From: Raillietiella orientalis
Taxonomy: Eukaryota
Length of the DNA: 64,000 nt
Assembly: GCA_036172245.1 (NCBI GenBank)
Contig: JAYWIR010000048.1
Span: forward strand, 1,116,001-1,180,000
Direction of reading: 5' to 3'
In this document: one piece after another, positions 1 to 11,317 of the stretch
How the letters are laid out: every line of letters starts with the position of its first letter
How positions within the stretch are numbered: position 1 is the first letter of the stretch
Translations under genes and position numbers: made by a program
Notes under the pieces: generated by a model
Seen by the model: only the letters and a program-made list of their open reading frames with translations
Told to the model about the DNA's origin: nothing
Databases searched by the model: none

Positions 1-699
1 AGCTCCTCGACATCCCGGCCGGGATGCTCAGGAAGACAAATGGCGCGGGGAGTCTGTCTCGGGGAGCCCTGGCCGTCCTCCGCCAGGAGCCCGCCGGCCG
101 GCTGCACCGGCCGCTTCCGCCGCAGACGCGTCCTCCAGTGGAGCGGACCCGCGCGTTTCCGCCCAGCGATGCCGAGCGGCGAGCGCGGGCGTGCCGGGCG
201 GTGTTCCCACTGCAGTCGAGGGGAGGAGAGGGGGAGGAGGGAGGAACCTCTTCCCGTCGCCGGGCGTCGCCGGCGTCGCGAGGCGGCGGCGGCGGGGGGA
301 TAACCTCGTCCCCAAGTGACGTCATCCCGACCCGCTTGGGAGGCAGCCGAGGAGAGTTCGGCAAGGTTCGCGCGGGCGCATCGGTGGGGAGGGATGCGGT
401 GGCCACGAGAACTGCCCGGCCTAGCCCCGGGTGGGCACTGAGCCCTTCGTTCCCAACGTATGGCCCTTAAAAAGGCTCCAAACGAGTGGGCTGGAGCGAG
501 GAAGGGGCTTCCGTGTGGGCAGGGAGGGCAAGCAAATGGGTGAGCGAATGGGTGACGGGATGGGCCGGCCTAGAGACGATCATCCCGGTTCACCTGGTTA
601 CTCCGGAGAAGGAACAGCGCTCCCTGGTGCCGCCTTCCCGACAGCGAGCTTCCGTCACCCGAAGGGATGGTGGAACGCCTTCATGGCTCCTCCTCGTTC

Positions 700-1700
700 C
701 ATTTATTGTTGCTGCTCTTTATTCCCACCCCTTTCCCCCCCCCCCTCCCCGGTGACCGCTTGGCAGGCCGGCAAGTAGCCAGCCCACACTGGTGGCATCG
801 CCCGAGGGCTTCTTCGAGTTGATCCTCCGAGGAGTGGACGTGCGTGCCAGCATGCCGGCGGCGCTCCCCGCAGCGGCAAACGGGCCGCATCGACTCGGAG
901 GGATTTCCGTGCGGCGGTACTTTCAAGTACCTTGGAGTGCCCGCGAGCGACTGACAAGAAGAAGCTCCGCGAGGCGACTGCCTTCAGAAGGGGCGGAGCG
1001 CTCTCAGCACCGTTGCCACGTGGCAGCTTCCAGTTGCCCGAACGGGCCACAGAAAGGAACACTCCTGTTGTTTCCCTCTCGCGCCCCTTCTCGTTCCCAG
1101 CAGCCGCTCTATGCAGCAAGGCAAAGGTTCGATGACCTCTTGAGAAAAGCTGCGTCGGGCCTCGGGGTGTAAAAGACCTTGCTGAAGGGCCACGGAGGCC
1201 ACCCAGCGTCGGATGCTGGGATCCTGGCGCTGGGGCTGGAGCTGCAAATGTGGTTCCGAAGATCCGCCCGGTGCCTCAGGAGGTGGACGCGACATCGTGA
1301 CCTTGCTGCTCGCGCGGTTCTGAGGGATGCCGTGGGCTGCGAAGGAGCTGTCGCGAATTGGGAGCGACCCAGCTGCGCACGGCAGCAGGTGGCCTCCTGG
1401 ATGAAGGAGAATTCCAGGACAAGACCCACCAGCATCACTGCATAGCTGCTGCAACCAGCAGACTCCCGGGAACGGATATCAGACGGCTACTGGGGAAACT
1501 GCGTGGCACGGCGTTGGCCTTCCCGCTGGTCAAGATGGACGCAACTCTTCGTTGGAAGCTGCGCATGCCAGCGGCGCTCTTCCTCCTCACAGGGCAATGG
1601 AAGCCTCGATGTCCCTGGTGATCCTCGGCTGTCCACTGTCAAGTGTCGGGCGTGTCCAGGTTGTCTCCAGTGTACTGGAAGAGAGGTCTGTCCCCTACCG
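700..1700 (-). mobile_element. Degenerate Tx1/L1-like LINE ORF2 3' fragment (older copy)
   Basis: Minus-strand translations give post-RT-like 'RSFQRRVASILTSGKANAV', 'PSESMRPVCRCGE' (aligns to 'PEYLLHGLLRWGEL' at ~4530) and a Cys pair 'GRCHQCG'; heavily frameshifted; ends approximate. Confidence 0.45.
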
Positions 1701-1844
1701 TCCTCAGACTCGTGGTATCATTGCTGGGACGGGCAAATTCCCTCCGTGATTGGTCAAGACACGAATCTGGTGGAGTCACCGCCCATCAGTAAGCGCCGTT
1801 TCCCTCTCGGAGGGTACCGCGGACGGGAATTTCGTTCTAGCGAG

Positions 1845-2022
1845 GGCTCCGTTGGCGGCCGCGGTCTCCGCGCGTGGCACCAAGTCGTTTGCGTTCGCAT
1901 CCCGCCGGGGAAGGATCGACCCCGAAAAAGGGATTCTCCAACCCACCCCTCCGTTAGGGAGGGAGTGCGTCGTGGGTCCTGAATCTACCCCTCGAGATGA
2001 CGCTGGTTGGCCTGTATTCGGG
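1845..2022 (+). mobile_element. tRNA-derived SINE, 5' head (copy 1, split by a LINE insertion)
   Basis: A-box-like 'tggcggccgcggtc', degenerate B-box 'gcgttcgcatccc' (1891-1903) and core 'gatgacgctggttgg' shared with copies at 44.3, 45.1 and 51.6 kb. Confidence 0.7.
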
Positions 2023-3426
2023 TTTTCATCCGTCTTTTCCGGGGCATTTATTAAAATAAAAATAAAGTACATGTCACTAACAATGGAGTGGTAGAACACG
2101 TGGTTCTCCCACTTGAGCAAAGCTTGTCATGACCGGTACGTAGACTGGCGAGGTCCTTTCCGCGGCAACGGGAAAGAGAAAACCGAAAAAAGAAACAAAA
2201 AACAAAAAAAGGGGGGAGGAAATGTTTCCTAGGGGGAGGAAGGAGGCAGGGGGGGGAAGGGATCACATTTCCCCGGGAGACGTCCGCTGCATCCTGTACA
2301 GGATGCTGAGGGAAGTTTTATTGTTTCTTCTCCCAGGTGGGGCCATTTGGAGGCGGTCTTCAGAAAGATTGCCTCCCAGTGGACGGCGCCCCTGCCGTTC
2401 TGGCCTCTTCTTCCTGCGTTGCAGGCTGCTGCCACGATTCCACGGACACAGCAGAGAACTGCTAAACACGTAGGTGGTGGCAGAGAGGCATGCATGAAGA
2501 GGCGTTGAGAAATGTCTCTGGGACCGCCGACTGGGATTTCTAGGATCGTCGAGAGGCGGTTCCAAAGGGGTCGGAGGGCGGCGCGGTCCAGTAGGAGGCC
2601 TCCTTCTCGCCGCAACTTCCACAACGGGCATCCACACGCCCGCGTGTCCGACGATGGAGATGGGCAACGTTAACTCCTTCCACTCGAGGGAGAGGGATGC
2701 CACTGTGGAAACCAATTCACCTCCTCCGGAGGCATCGCGAGCAGCTCGCCCCACAGCGACAGTCCTTTTGGCGGGACATTCGGGGTCACAGCGCCCGTGA
2801 CCTGCCGAGATGTCTACTTTGTCCTGCAATGCAGGACGACACTTACCACCTTGCCGGAAGGTTGCGGTCCCTTGCTTCCCTTAGGGAGGGAGGGCACTTG
2901 GGTGAGGAGGCTGAACGATGCCCATAGCAGCTTGCGTGGACTGCACGCGACCTCCTGCAGCGGCTGCTGAGAGTTCCTGCCTCTCCGCAGGCGGGCGCGC
3001 TCCACCTCGCTCGAGCCGTGGGTCTTTCTCCATGCGAAAACGGACTCCTGCAGCTGGACAATGCAGTTAGCAGAGAGACAGGTGACCCAGCCGTTGTCCT
3101 CCACCAAGGCAACCATTTCACACAGCTGGAGGCCACCTTGCCTCATGCTGGTGTCGGTGGCTACGAGGACCGAAGGCAGTCCTTCGCACCCAATAATCTA
3201 TTACTAAATATACGTCTTATACTAACATAACCAAATTCAACTATATTTCCTTACGTCTAGCAATCATTGGCTGCTCTAATGGGAAGGAGGCGTGCTGGCG
3301 CGTACCAAGGCGTGATCTATCATCTCGCCGCGAGAACGGATCTTCTGGTTTGGAGATGACGCTTCATCCGCTCCACCGTGAGGAGGAGGCTTTGTCTACC
3401 ATCCCTACGCGGAGCAACCGGACTAC
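2023..3426 (-). mobile_element. 5'-truncated Tx1/L1-like LINE copy inserted into the SINE
   Basis: Reverse complement aligns with 3970-5295 (e.g. 'QLCEMVALVEDNGWVTCLSANC' vs 'QLRQMVALVEENAWISCLPANC'); same 3' UTR ending AATAAATGCCC; 'attcggg' at both 2016-2022 and 3427-3433. Confidence 0.75.
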
Positions 3427-3770
3427 ATTCGGGGTGAGGCACTGGTGGAAGCCGGAAACCTGGCCCCGATGAGTGGCCGGGATTGGAAGTTGACCCTCCG
3501 GGGTTCTTTCAGGACAGCAAGGAACCCTTCGGGATACCCCTCCGGTTGTGATAATGGAGCCGTCCTCTCCTAGGGGGAAAGCCTCATGGTGCGCGGCTGC
3601 CTTCGGGGAGCGCCCTATAACCTGAAGGGTCACACGCACCCTCGGACGATGTGGACAACGTTCAAGAGCTTCGTGAGCCTCCCCTGCCCCCTCCCGAGAA
3701 GTCGAACGGTTCGTCAGTGCTTGGCGAACCACGAAAAAAAATAGAAAACCGGAAAAAAAAAATCGGGAAG
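3427..3770 (+). mobile_element. tRNA-derived SINE, body and A-rich tail (continuation of copy 1)
   Basis: 'tgaggcactggtggaagccgg...ggccgggattggaagttgaccctcc' and 'cgcaccctcgg...cgttc' match 45280-45740; ends in an A-rich tract at ~3733-3762. Confidence 0.7.
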
Positions 3771-3899
3771 GAAAACAGCGGAACAGAAGAACCCAGAAGA
3801 ATTCCCATCGTCCTATGTCTTGCTCCCCTCCTCCACTCGTGCTTCCCCCCTCCGCATCCTGCTTTTTGTTTGCCCAACCCCCACCTGACATCAGGAGAA

Positions 3900-5295
3900 G
3901 AACCGAGTACCTCCTGAGGAAAGCCCTTTGGGGCACAGGGAGGTCCCTAGTTCGTTTAAAAGACTTGCGTGCTCCTCTTAAGGATGGAGGACTGGACCTC
4001 CTTACGCCGGAGTGGATGAAGCGCCAGCTCCAATTCAGGAGACACGTCCTCGTGGCGAGACTGTGGATCACGGCCTGGTGCACTCCAGCACGGCTCCTCG
4101 CGAAGAGCGCAACCGGCTGCGAGGGACTCGCATCCCTCCTCGTCGATCGCGAGAGATGGCTGAGGTATTACGGATACCAACTCCGCCAGATGGTTGCTTT
4201 GGTGGAGGAGAACGCCTGGATCTCCTGCCTCCCCGCAAACTGCACCGTCTGGCTCCAGGAGTGGGTCCTCGCATGGGGAAAGATCCACGGCGCGAGCGAG
4301 GCGGAGTGCTCCTGCCTGCAGCGAGGCGTCAGCACTCGCAAGTCGTCGGAGGTGATCATCCGCAACCCGCAGAAGATGCGGTGGGCCTTGTCTACTCCTC
4401 TTGCCCCAATGCTGCCCTCCCTACGGAGCGCAAAGGACAGCGTAATCCTGGCAAGGTGGGAAGTGACGTGCTGCGTAACAGCAAAGTATTGGTTGAGTGG
4501 ACAACCCGGAAAGTGACGGACAGCTGTGACCCCGAGTACCTACTCCACGGACTTCTACGCTGGGGAGAGTTGTTCAACATTCCTCCAGAGGAGGTGAAGT
4601 GGTCCCCACAAGTGGCGGGAGGAGTTGGCACTCCTGCTCTGGCACTGGGGACCCCCATGCGAAGCGCGCCTTCATCGCTGGACACGGGGAGCGCGGACGC
4701 TTAAAATAAAAGCTGCAGGAAGAAGGAAACTCTCCCGCACCTGCTGTTGAACTGTGCTGACCTCCAACCCCTTTGGGATCGCCTCGCAGAGACACTAGGA
4801 ATTCCGGCGGGTGGCCCCAGGGGCATTTTTGGATGCCTCTTCGTGCTCGTTGGCGCACTACCGCCATCCGCGTACCTCGCAGTTCTCTGCTGTGTCCACG
4901 CGATGGCGGCGGTCTAAAACGCCAGGAGAAAAGGCCGAAATGGCAGGGATGCCATCCACTGGGCGCGGATCTGCCTGAGGACCGCCTCGAGATGATCCCA
5001 CCTGGGCACAATCGGGACAGAACTTGCCAGAGTCCTGAACAAGGGATGCCTGGTGCGTACCGTGATCCCTTGCTAGGTCCCCCTTTCTCCGTGCATGATC
5101 TGCCCTCCCCTGTTTTGTGTGTGTGTGTTTTTTTTTTGTTTGCCCCTCCCCTACGCTGCCGAAGCGGACCTCGCCGATCTGCGTACCGGTATTCGGCAGG
5201 TTCATTGCGCGTGGTAGAACCGACGGCTCCACCACACCAAGGTATTTTTATTACTTTACGTAATAAATGCCCCTGCCGGGTGATAATCATCGACT
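3900..5295 (+). mobile_element. 5'-truncated Tx1/L1-like LINE (post-RT region plus 3' UTR)
   Basis: ORF 3815-4516 contains 'LWGTGRSLVRLKDLRAPLKDGGLDL', the FLW.G....V....L..P...GGLGL post-RT motif of L1/Tx1; 3' hairpin at 5211-5235 and AATAAA at 5262-5267. Confidence 0.75.
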
Positions 5296-6209
5296 CACCT
5301 CGAAATTGTCAGCATCGTCTGGTAGCTTGGGGAAGAAACCAAAGCATCCTCTTGTCCGATCAGCGCACGGACGGCTCGTTGGCCGCGCGAACTTGGACAC
5401 CTTAATGATGTTGTGGTCGATGAAGACCCAATCCTCTTCTTTGAGACTCCTAGCATCTGGTAAGGCGCCGGAAGTAGGGGGCCTCTCGGGGCATCCGTTT
5501 GCTGCCATGGTGAATAGCGCTGAGTCTAAAATACTGAGCACTTTAGCAAACAGATAATGCTTAGATCGGTCTTCCGGAAGTGTCGCCAGACCCCCAGGTC
5601 ATCCCAAACAGACCAGTTTGCTTGCTGACGGTCATTCCCGTCGAACTTCTTTATACGTCCCGGCGTGACCGGGTAACAAACACACGCTTCTAGACCTGTG
5701 CAACCTGAAGAGGAGGGAGTTTTCTTCTTTTCAGGAAGGAAGAAAAAAAAGAAAGAGAAGCGAGAACGCAGCACAGGCAGCGATTCGTGCGAATTCGAAC
5801 AGCGCAAACTTCCATTTCGTGCGAGCGAGCGCTTTCCCGAGTGCGGGCCACGCTGGAGAGCGGGAAGGGAAATTCGGTTCACGCAGGCCGGCGCATGCGC
5901 AGCCAGGGCTGCCAGGGCTGAAGTTTCCAGACGCGGCGCTCGCGCCGGAACCGCCGTCGCGTACGCGTGTGCTGCCGCCTGCCACAATATTCATTATTCT
6001 TCATGATTTGTTTTAATTGCTTGAAAAAGTTTCCGCAAGAAAATGGACAAGGGGATTATTTCTCCAGATGAAAACAGAAAAGAACAAAGCACCGTTACCG
6101 GAAGAAAGAAGAGGCGCGTGTTACACATTAGAGGAAAAATGTATTTCGAGTAAAAAGCTGTGGTAGAAGAACTAACAAATATAGGAAGAGCATTCGGAAT
6201 TAATGGATT

Positions 6210-6500
6210 AAATAATTTGAAGAATTAGAAAATGAAGATCCTGGGAACTGCTCGGTTCACACTTAAGAACTGATTGATGGTGAACCTCCTCAGGATCAAT
6301 ATAGAGCATCTGAAGGAGCAGACAGTAATGTGGGGGAAATGTGCAGACGGAGGAGTTTCGTCCTCGATGGATTTGCAGATATCTTCCCGGCTGCGGAAGA
6401 TGTGCAGCAAAAAATTATGCATGAGGCTCCAAACCTCGATCGAAGCATGCAAATGCCCGACGTGGTATCGACGGGGCACTCTGCGTCTACAAAGGGCCAC
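6210..6500 (+). mobile_element. pogo/Tigger-like transposase C-terminal remnant
   Basis: Frameshifted translation 'ELLGSH..ELIDG...RSFVLDGFADIFPAAEDVQQKIMHEAPNLDRSMQ' resembles the Tigger C-terminal pattern ELL.SH..EL...F.L..L..F......DPN.ERS. Confidence 0.5.
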
Positions 6501-7140
6501 ATGCACGTGGACCCGAAGAGAGGTGGAGACGTTCAGCCTGCGTTGCTAAGACTATCCCGAAAGGCAGCAAAGGTGCTTTTGCCGGTGTGCAGGTCGCCTT
6601 CGTGAATACGGTTTAGAATTTCTCTTCCTACTCAATCGCCCTGTCAACAGTAAACGAAGACTTCAAGTAGATTCTTTTTTTTTTCCTTTTTTTGTTGCGG
6701 TGTTTCCCCAGAAGGCCTGCAAGGACGCATCTGAAATTTTCCATCGCCTGTTTCTATCAGGATGGAGCCAGTAGCGTACTGTCACGCTGCCGGAAGATGC
6801 ACTGGAACCAGGGTTGCCAACAGAGGTTAATGGCTTTCGAAAGCCTGCGATTTTCCGGAAGAAGAATCTCCAGATTTCAATACCTAGGAATTCATTATTC
6901 TTATTAAATCATTCAGGGTTGCTTAATCGTCAGATTCAATAGTACAAAAATAAAATGCAAACAAGCAATTGATGACGTGAAATTGATGTCATTAAGCTAC
7001 TGCTGGACGTGCTCGATACATTTGTAAGGAGAGCGCCGCACTGCCGGTTTTATCACCTATAGTTAAAAGAAAACGTTAGAGCAGTCTGTAAATTCGACTA
7101 TAAACTACTACTGCTGTAAATTCTACAATTCAACAGAAAA

Positions 7141-10100
7141 GCCTTCGCGGGTGCCCTCGTGGGGCTGGTCAAGAGCAAGACGACGCCGAAAGACGTCGTC
7201 TCGATTGCAGGAGACTTTAACGTCCAACTGGACGGCAGTCGTCCATACGAAACGGATGCGGTGAACGCCTACCAGCGCAAGGCGAAGGATCTCGCCCCCA
7301 CGTGCACGGGGGCGAACCCCACGCTCATCGACCACGTGCTGCATTCCGAAGTCCTGGCTAATCCCATCCAGGGGATCTGACAACTGAGCTCCGAGATCTC
7401 GGACCATCCCCTGTTGAAGTGGAGGATGGAGTCGAAGAATCCCAGGAAGGAGAACGCAGTGCTCGGGGAGGCGCTCATCTGCATGTCCGAGTGGCATGAG
7501 TGCTACCCCCCCGTGCCAGTGCATAGTGGAGGCCTCGACCACCACTGAACGCGTGGACGACTGGGACGCCCTCAAACATACCATCCATTTATTCTCGGAC
7601 CTCCAAACCTCAGAAGCGTACAGGGAGTTCTACCAACACCAACACTTCTCCCCACTCTGAGTGCTGCAAGGATACCAGAGATGCTTCCTCGACAAGAGAG
7701 TCAAGAAAGATGTCGGACGGCTGGAAAAGCGGAACCGAACAGACACCTTCCACGTCCGTTACAATGACCAGGACTGCAGAACCTCAGAGCAAGCACTGGA
7801 TGCCTTCCAGAACCAGTACTCCGAGCAGTTCAAAAACAACTTTGCATCCTGGGGTGCAGGAACAGATTCTCCGCAACGTGAAGAAGCGCCTGGCCTCCCG
7901 TGAACAACATGAAGTGGAGGAAGACTTCACAGAGGAAGAGATCAAGAAGGCGTTCGACGGACTGCTCAAAGAGTGGCAGCGGACCCCGACAGCGTGCCCG
8001 TCACGCATTATCAGAGACACCTGCCCGCCTACCTGAGCCTATTTATCCAACTGCTGGACTGTACCATAGAAGAATGACGACTTCTCACCTTCTTCCACCG
8101 AAACAGTATGAGGCTGCCCCCCAAAGAGCGGCGGGACCTCCGCACCATCACCCAGTGGAGACCCATCTCTATGCTGAATTCGGATGCAAAGTGGATGGCA
8201 AAGATCTGGGCAAACCGACTGAAGAGCAAGCTGAATTCGGTGGTGTCTCCCACGCAGACGTGCGCCGTCCCAGCCAGATGCATGTGGAGCAACATCCAGA
8301 GCGTCCAAGCCCTCTTGGGATACAACCGTATCCTAGGGAACGACCTGGTGCTGGGTTTCTTCACCGACATTGAGAAGGTCTTCGACTCGGTGGACCACTC
8401 CATGCTGCTGAAGATCCTGAGCAGGCTGGGATTCCATAAGTTACTCGAACTCTGGGCGATTACCAAGATAATCGATGAATACAACACGCTGAAAGAAGAA
8501 TTTCAGACTTAGAGGAAATGATAGGAGATGAAAACAGTGAGCACGGTGCAAAAGAGTTAGCAGAAAACGACCTTCTCGAGAAGCAAAAGATATCATTACC
8601 AAAAGTAAAAAACCAAGCTAAAATTAGCGCGATTGCCTAAAGATGAAGATGGTCCAAGAAACGCAACATTGGAAATCAGAGTAGGGCAGTACATTTCCCA
8701 CATTCTGGGAGAGGCCAACTTTACCATCAGGGCTAACGTCGCAGAACATCGTCCAGCGAGCAGGACGTGCAGCGGGACTCCCTGAGCCCCATTCCTCTTC
8801 GTGATGTACATGGAGGTGAGCACCTTGGCCACCAACGAGGGTCGGCTAAGAGGCGTCACTCTGGAAGAGGAAAATTCCACGCACCTGGCCTACGCCAACA
8901 ACCTGTTCTTCGTGATGGCGGACAAGAGGGTTCAGGAGGTGTTCGTGGACATCATGCAGGTCATGGAATGCGGCCTCGGACCCAAGGTGAATTTCAGCAA
9001 GTTCCATCTGATCGCCATGGGAACACCGGACGTCATCCCACGGCTTCCAGATAGAGGACCAAGTAAAACATCCGAGAGTTCTCCTCAGAGACGAACCACC
9101 AGCTTTGGAGAAGCCACAGTGACCGACAATCCTGGCGCAGCTGGGAGAGGAAACCAGCCAGCACGTCGGAATCTTCTTCTCGCAGGACAAGGCCAACTTC
9201 TGGAACGGGGTAATCGGGCCGAAGTTTCTCTTCGCCGCGTCTTTCTTTCCCACCCACCCCCAAGGACGGAGAAGGAACTAGCAGATATCCAGGGGAATCT
9301 TGTCGGGAGTGGCCGAAGGCGAAGCTGAAGCACCCATGTCGCCCGCGGACGGGAGGAGGCACTGGCATACGCGCGACGTCGCCACTGCCGCGAAGCTCCA
9401 GGACCTCGCATGGGACGACTGGCTGCCCGTATTCCACCGCGCCTGCGCAAGACCGGCGCGCGGAACCCACGGTCTCATGTCTGCCATGGCGCTCCCAGCG
9501 GGCGGCTGGACAAGCATCGACCAAACATGGCTGACGATCCAGCGCCCCCTGAGGACCTGGAACCTGAAGATCGTTCCCAGAAGCAAAGAGCTCAGGGACA
9601 AGGAACTCACCAAGGTGATCCCGCTGTTCAGCCCCATCCCTTGGGACATGGAAACCTGGATCCACACATCGAAGAAGATGACGTTCCGGGATTGCTAGCG
9701 ACGCTCAACGAGTCCTCTCCCACATACAGAAAGTTCAAGGCAGGATAATCCACAGGATCCGCGAACTTTGCCAAGCCCAAGGCACAGAGTGAACCCCCAG
9801 ATCAAGAATTTAAAGATGCTGAAAGATGTCACCTCATCGGAAGCCATGGGAAGGATGAGAAGCAGACTAGGGGGACACTGCCCTCGACCCGCAGGAGATT
9901 GGGACGGTCCTCTAGAATGCCTCCTTGCCGCCGGACATTCAGGATTGCCTGCTGATGTTCTACCACGGAGGCATCCTGTATGGCACGAGGCTAAAGCACT
10001 GAACCGGGAGCCCCGACGACGACCCATGCCCGAGGGCGGATCGACGGAAGGTGAATTGCGCCTCGGCACCTGCCGAATCCTCGTCCAGGATTGGAGAATG

Positions 10101-10390
10101 CTGAGGCAGGCGACCGGAATGCACGACAGCTGGAGATGCTGCGAGGACTGTTTGAAGAAGACGGTGTGCCCCACTACAACCCCGACAATTTCTTCCTCAG
10201 GAGGACGACTCTTACGAAAGGCCACCCCCGAGCAATTTCCAGGACATCCTCCAAGGACGCCCGAAGAGGAAGATCAGCATACGTGCCTGCAGGAGAGTAT
10301 CATCCGGGACTCTCCTCCACTGCTTGCGGATGCTCAAATCCGCGGCCAGGACGATGCCGTGATTTTGCCCGCTCCGCTCGGGCCGCGGTG
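7141..10390 (+). mobile_element. L1/Tx1-clade non-LTR retrotransposon ORF2 remnant (APE endonuclease + reverse transcriptase), frameshifted
   Basis: EN motifs 'IAGDFN', 'IDHVL', 'SDHP'; RT motifs 'WRPISMLNSDAK..AKIWANRL', 'DIEKVFDSVDH', 'Q.DSLSP/FLF', 'LAYANN' (YADD equivalent), 'GPKVNFSK'. Confidence 0.9.
8442..8686 (+). pseudogene. prfA: Fragment of bacterial peptide chain release factor 1 (Wolbachia/Rickettsiales-like), nuclear insertion
   Basis: With two 1-nt frameshifts in A-runs (~8500, ~8611) it reads ELWAITKIIDEYNTLKEE/ISDLEEMIGDENSEHGAKELAENDLLEKQKISLPKVK/TKLKLARLPKDEDGPRNATLEIRVG; ends in the RF1 motif L(L)PKD.D..N..LEIR(A)G; much more A-rich than the flanking LINE. Confidence 0.8.
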
Positions 10391-10786
10391 AACCGGCAAG
10401 CGACCCACCGGTGGCCAAAGCGAAAGCGTTCGTCCGTTTGTTCTCATTTGTGCTTTATCGGTATGAGTGCGGAATGCAACCATACCGATCTTTGCCATCC
10501 ACGTTGCAACCCACCGCGAGTCGGACCGGGAAAGGTCTGTGAACTGTAATGAAATAGTCAAACGAACCTGCCGCTGCACTGCAGCGATCACCATTCAAAT
10601 CGGGAAATATTTTAATAGTAAGGAAGCGATGACTAGTGACTGAATAGTGACTCCACACCCACCAAGATCGAAACAGGGGTGGGTAAAACATCGAGGATTC
10701 TATGTAAGACCATCTACAACATCCACGATTGAAGGTTTTCTTTGCAGCCACGAAAAACCCGTGGACTTCGGCGCCCGGTGATTTAA

Positions 10787-11317
10787 CCCTTTGAGTGCCA
10801 CGGGCGCATCGATGCGTCCGACGGAAACCACCAGCGTGCGCCGTGGACGGCTCACCCATGAGGCTGGCAAATGTTTTCACCTGGTGCACGCGGCATAAGT
10901 TAACCACCATCGGGTGTTTGAGGTGGACGCGCACACTTGTGTTCTTATAATCGCCTTGGCAACGACAGCAAACAAAAATTCCATTCTTATCGGCTAACTA
11001 TCGTACATAGTTTATTCCATTTTTTTCTGACCTCTGTGATATCTTAAAAATGTGGATGAGTGATTGATTTATCCGAAATATAATGACAATTTCTAAATAG
11101 GTAATGCATGTTTGGGAAAAATGAAAATATTTTATTTACTGTGGTGTAAGTTAACAATTACAATGGTAACTTTAATCAGTACTTGATAAAGTCAGTTGGT
11201 TCCTCGATAGAGTACGCGGTACGCGAGAAAGCTTTCCGTCCACATGGATTGCAACTGCGACTCGCGTGAACACGGAACACGGAACGTCTAAATCTGATGA
11301 GATCAGCACTCTAAGGG
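10787..11317. mobile_element. piggyBac-type MITE
   Basis: TTAA (10783-10786) followed by TIR ccctttgagtgc; right end gcactctaaggg (11306-11317, 11/12 match) followed by TTCA (degenerate TTAA). Confidence 0.7.

Noticed and set aside
8442..8686. prfA segment as bacterial contamination or a functional gene
   Set aside because: Short, frameshifted twice, lacks the GGQ and anticodon-mimic regions, and is fused to host LINE sequence on both sides
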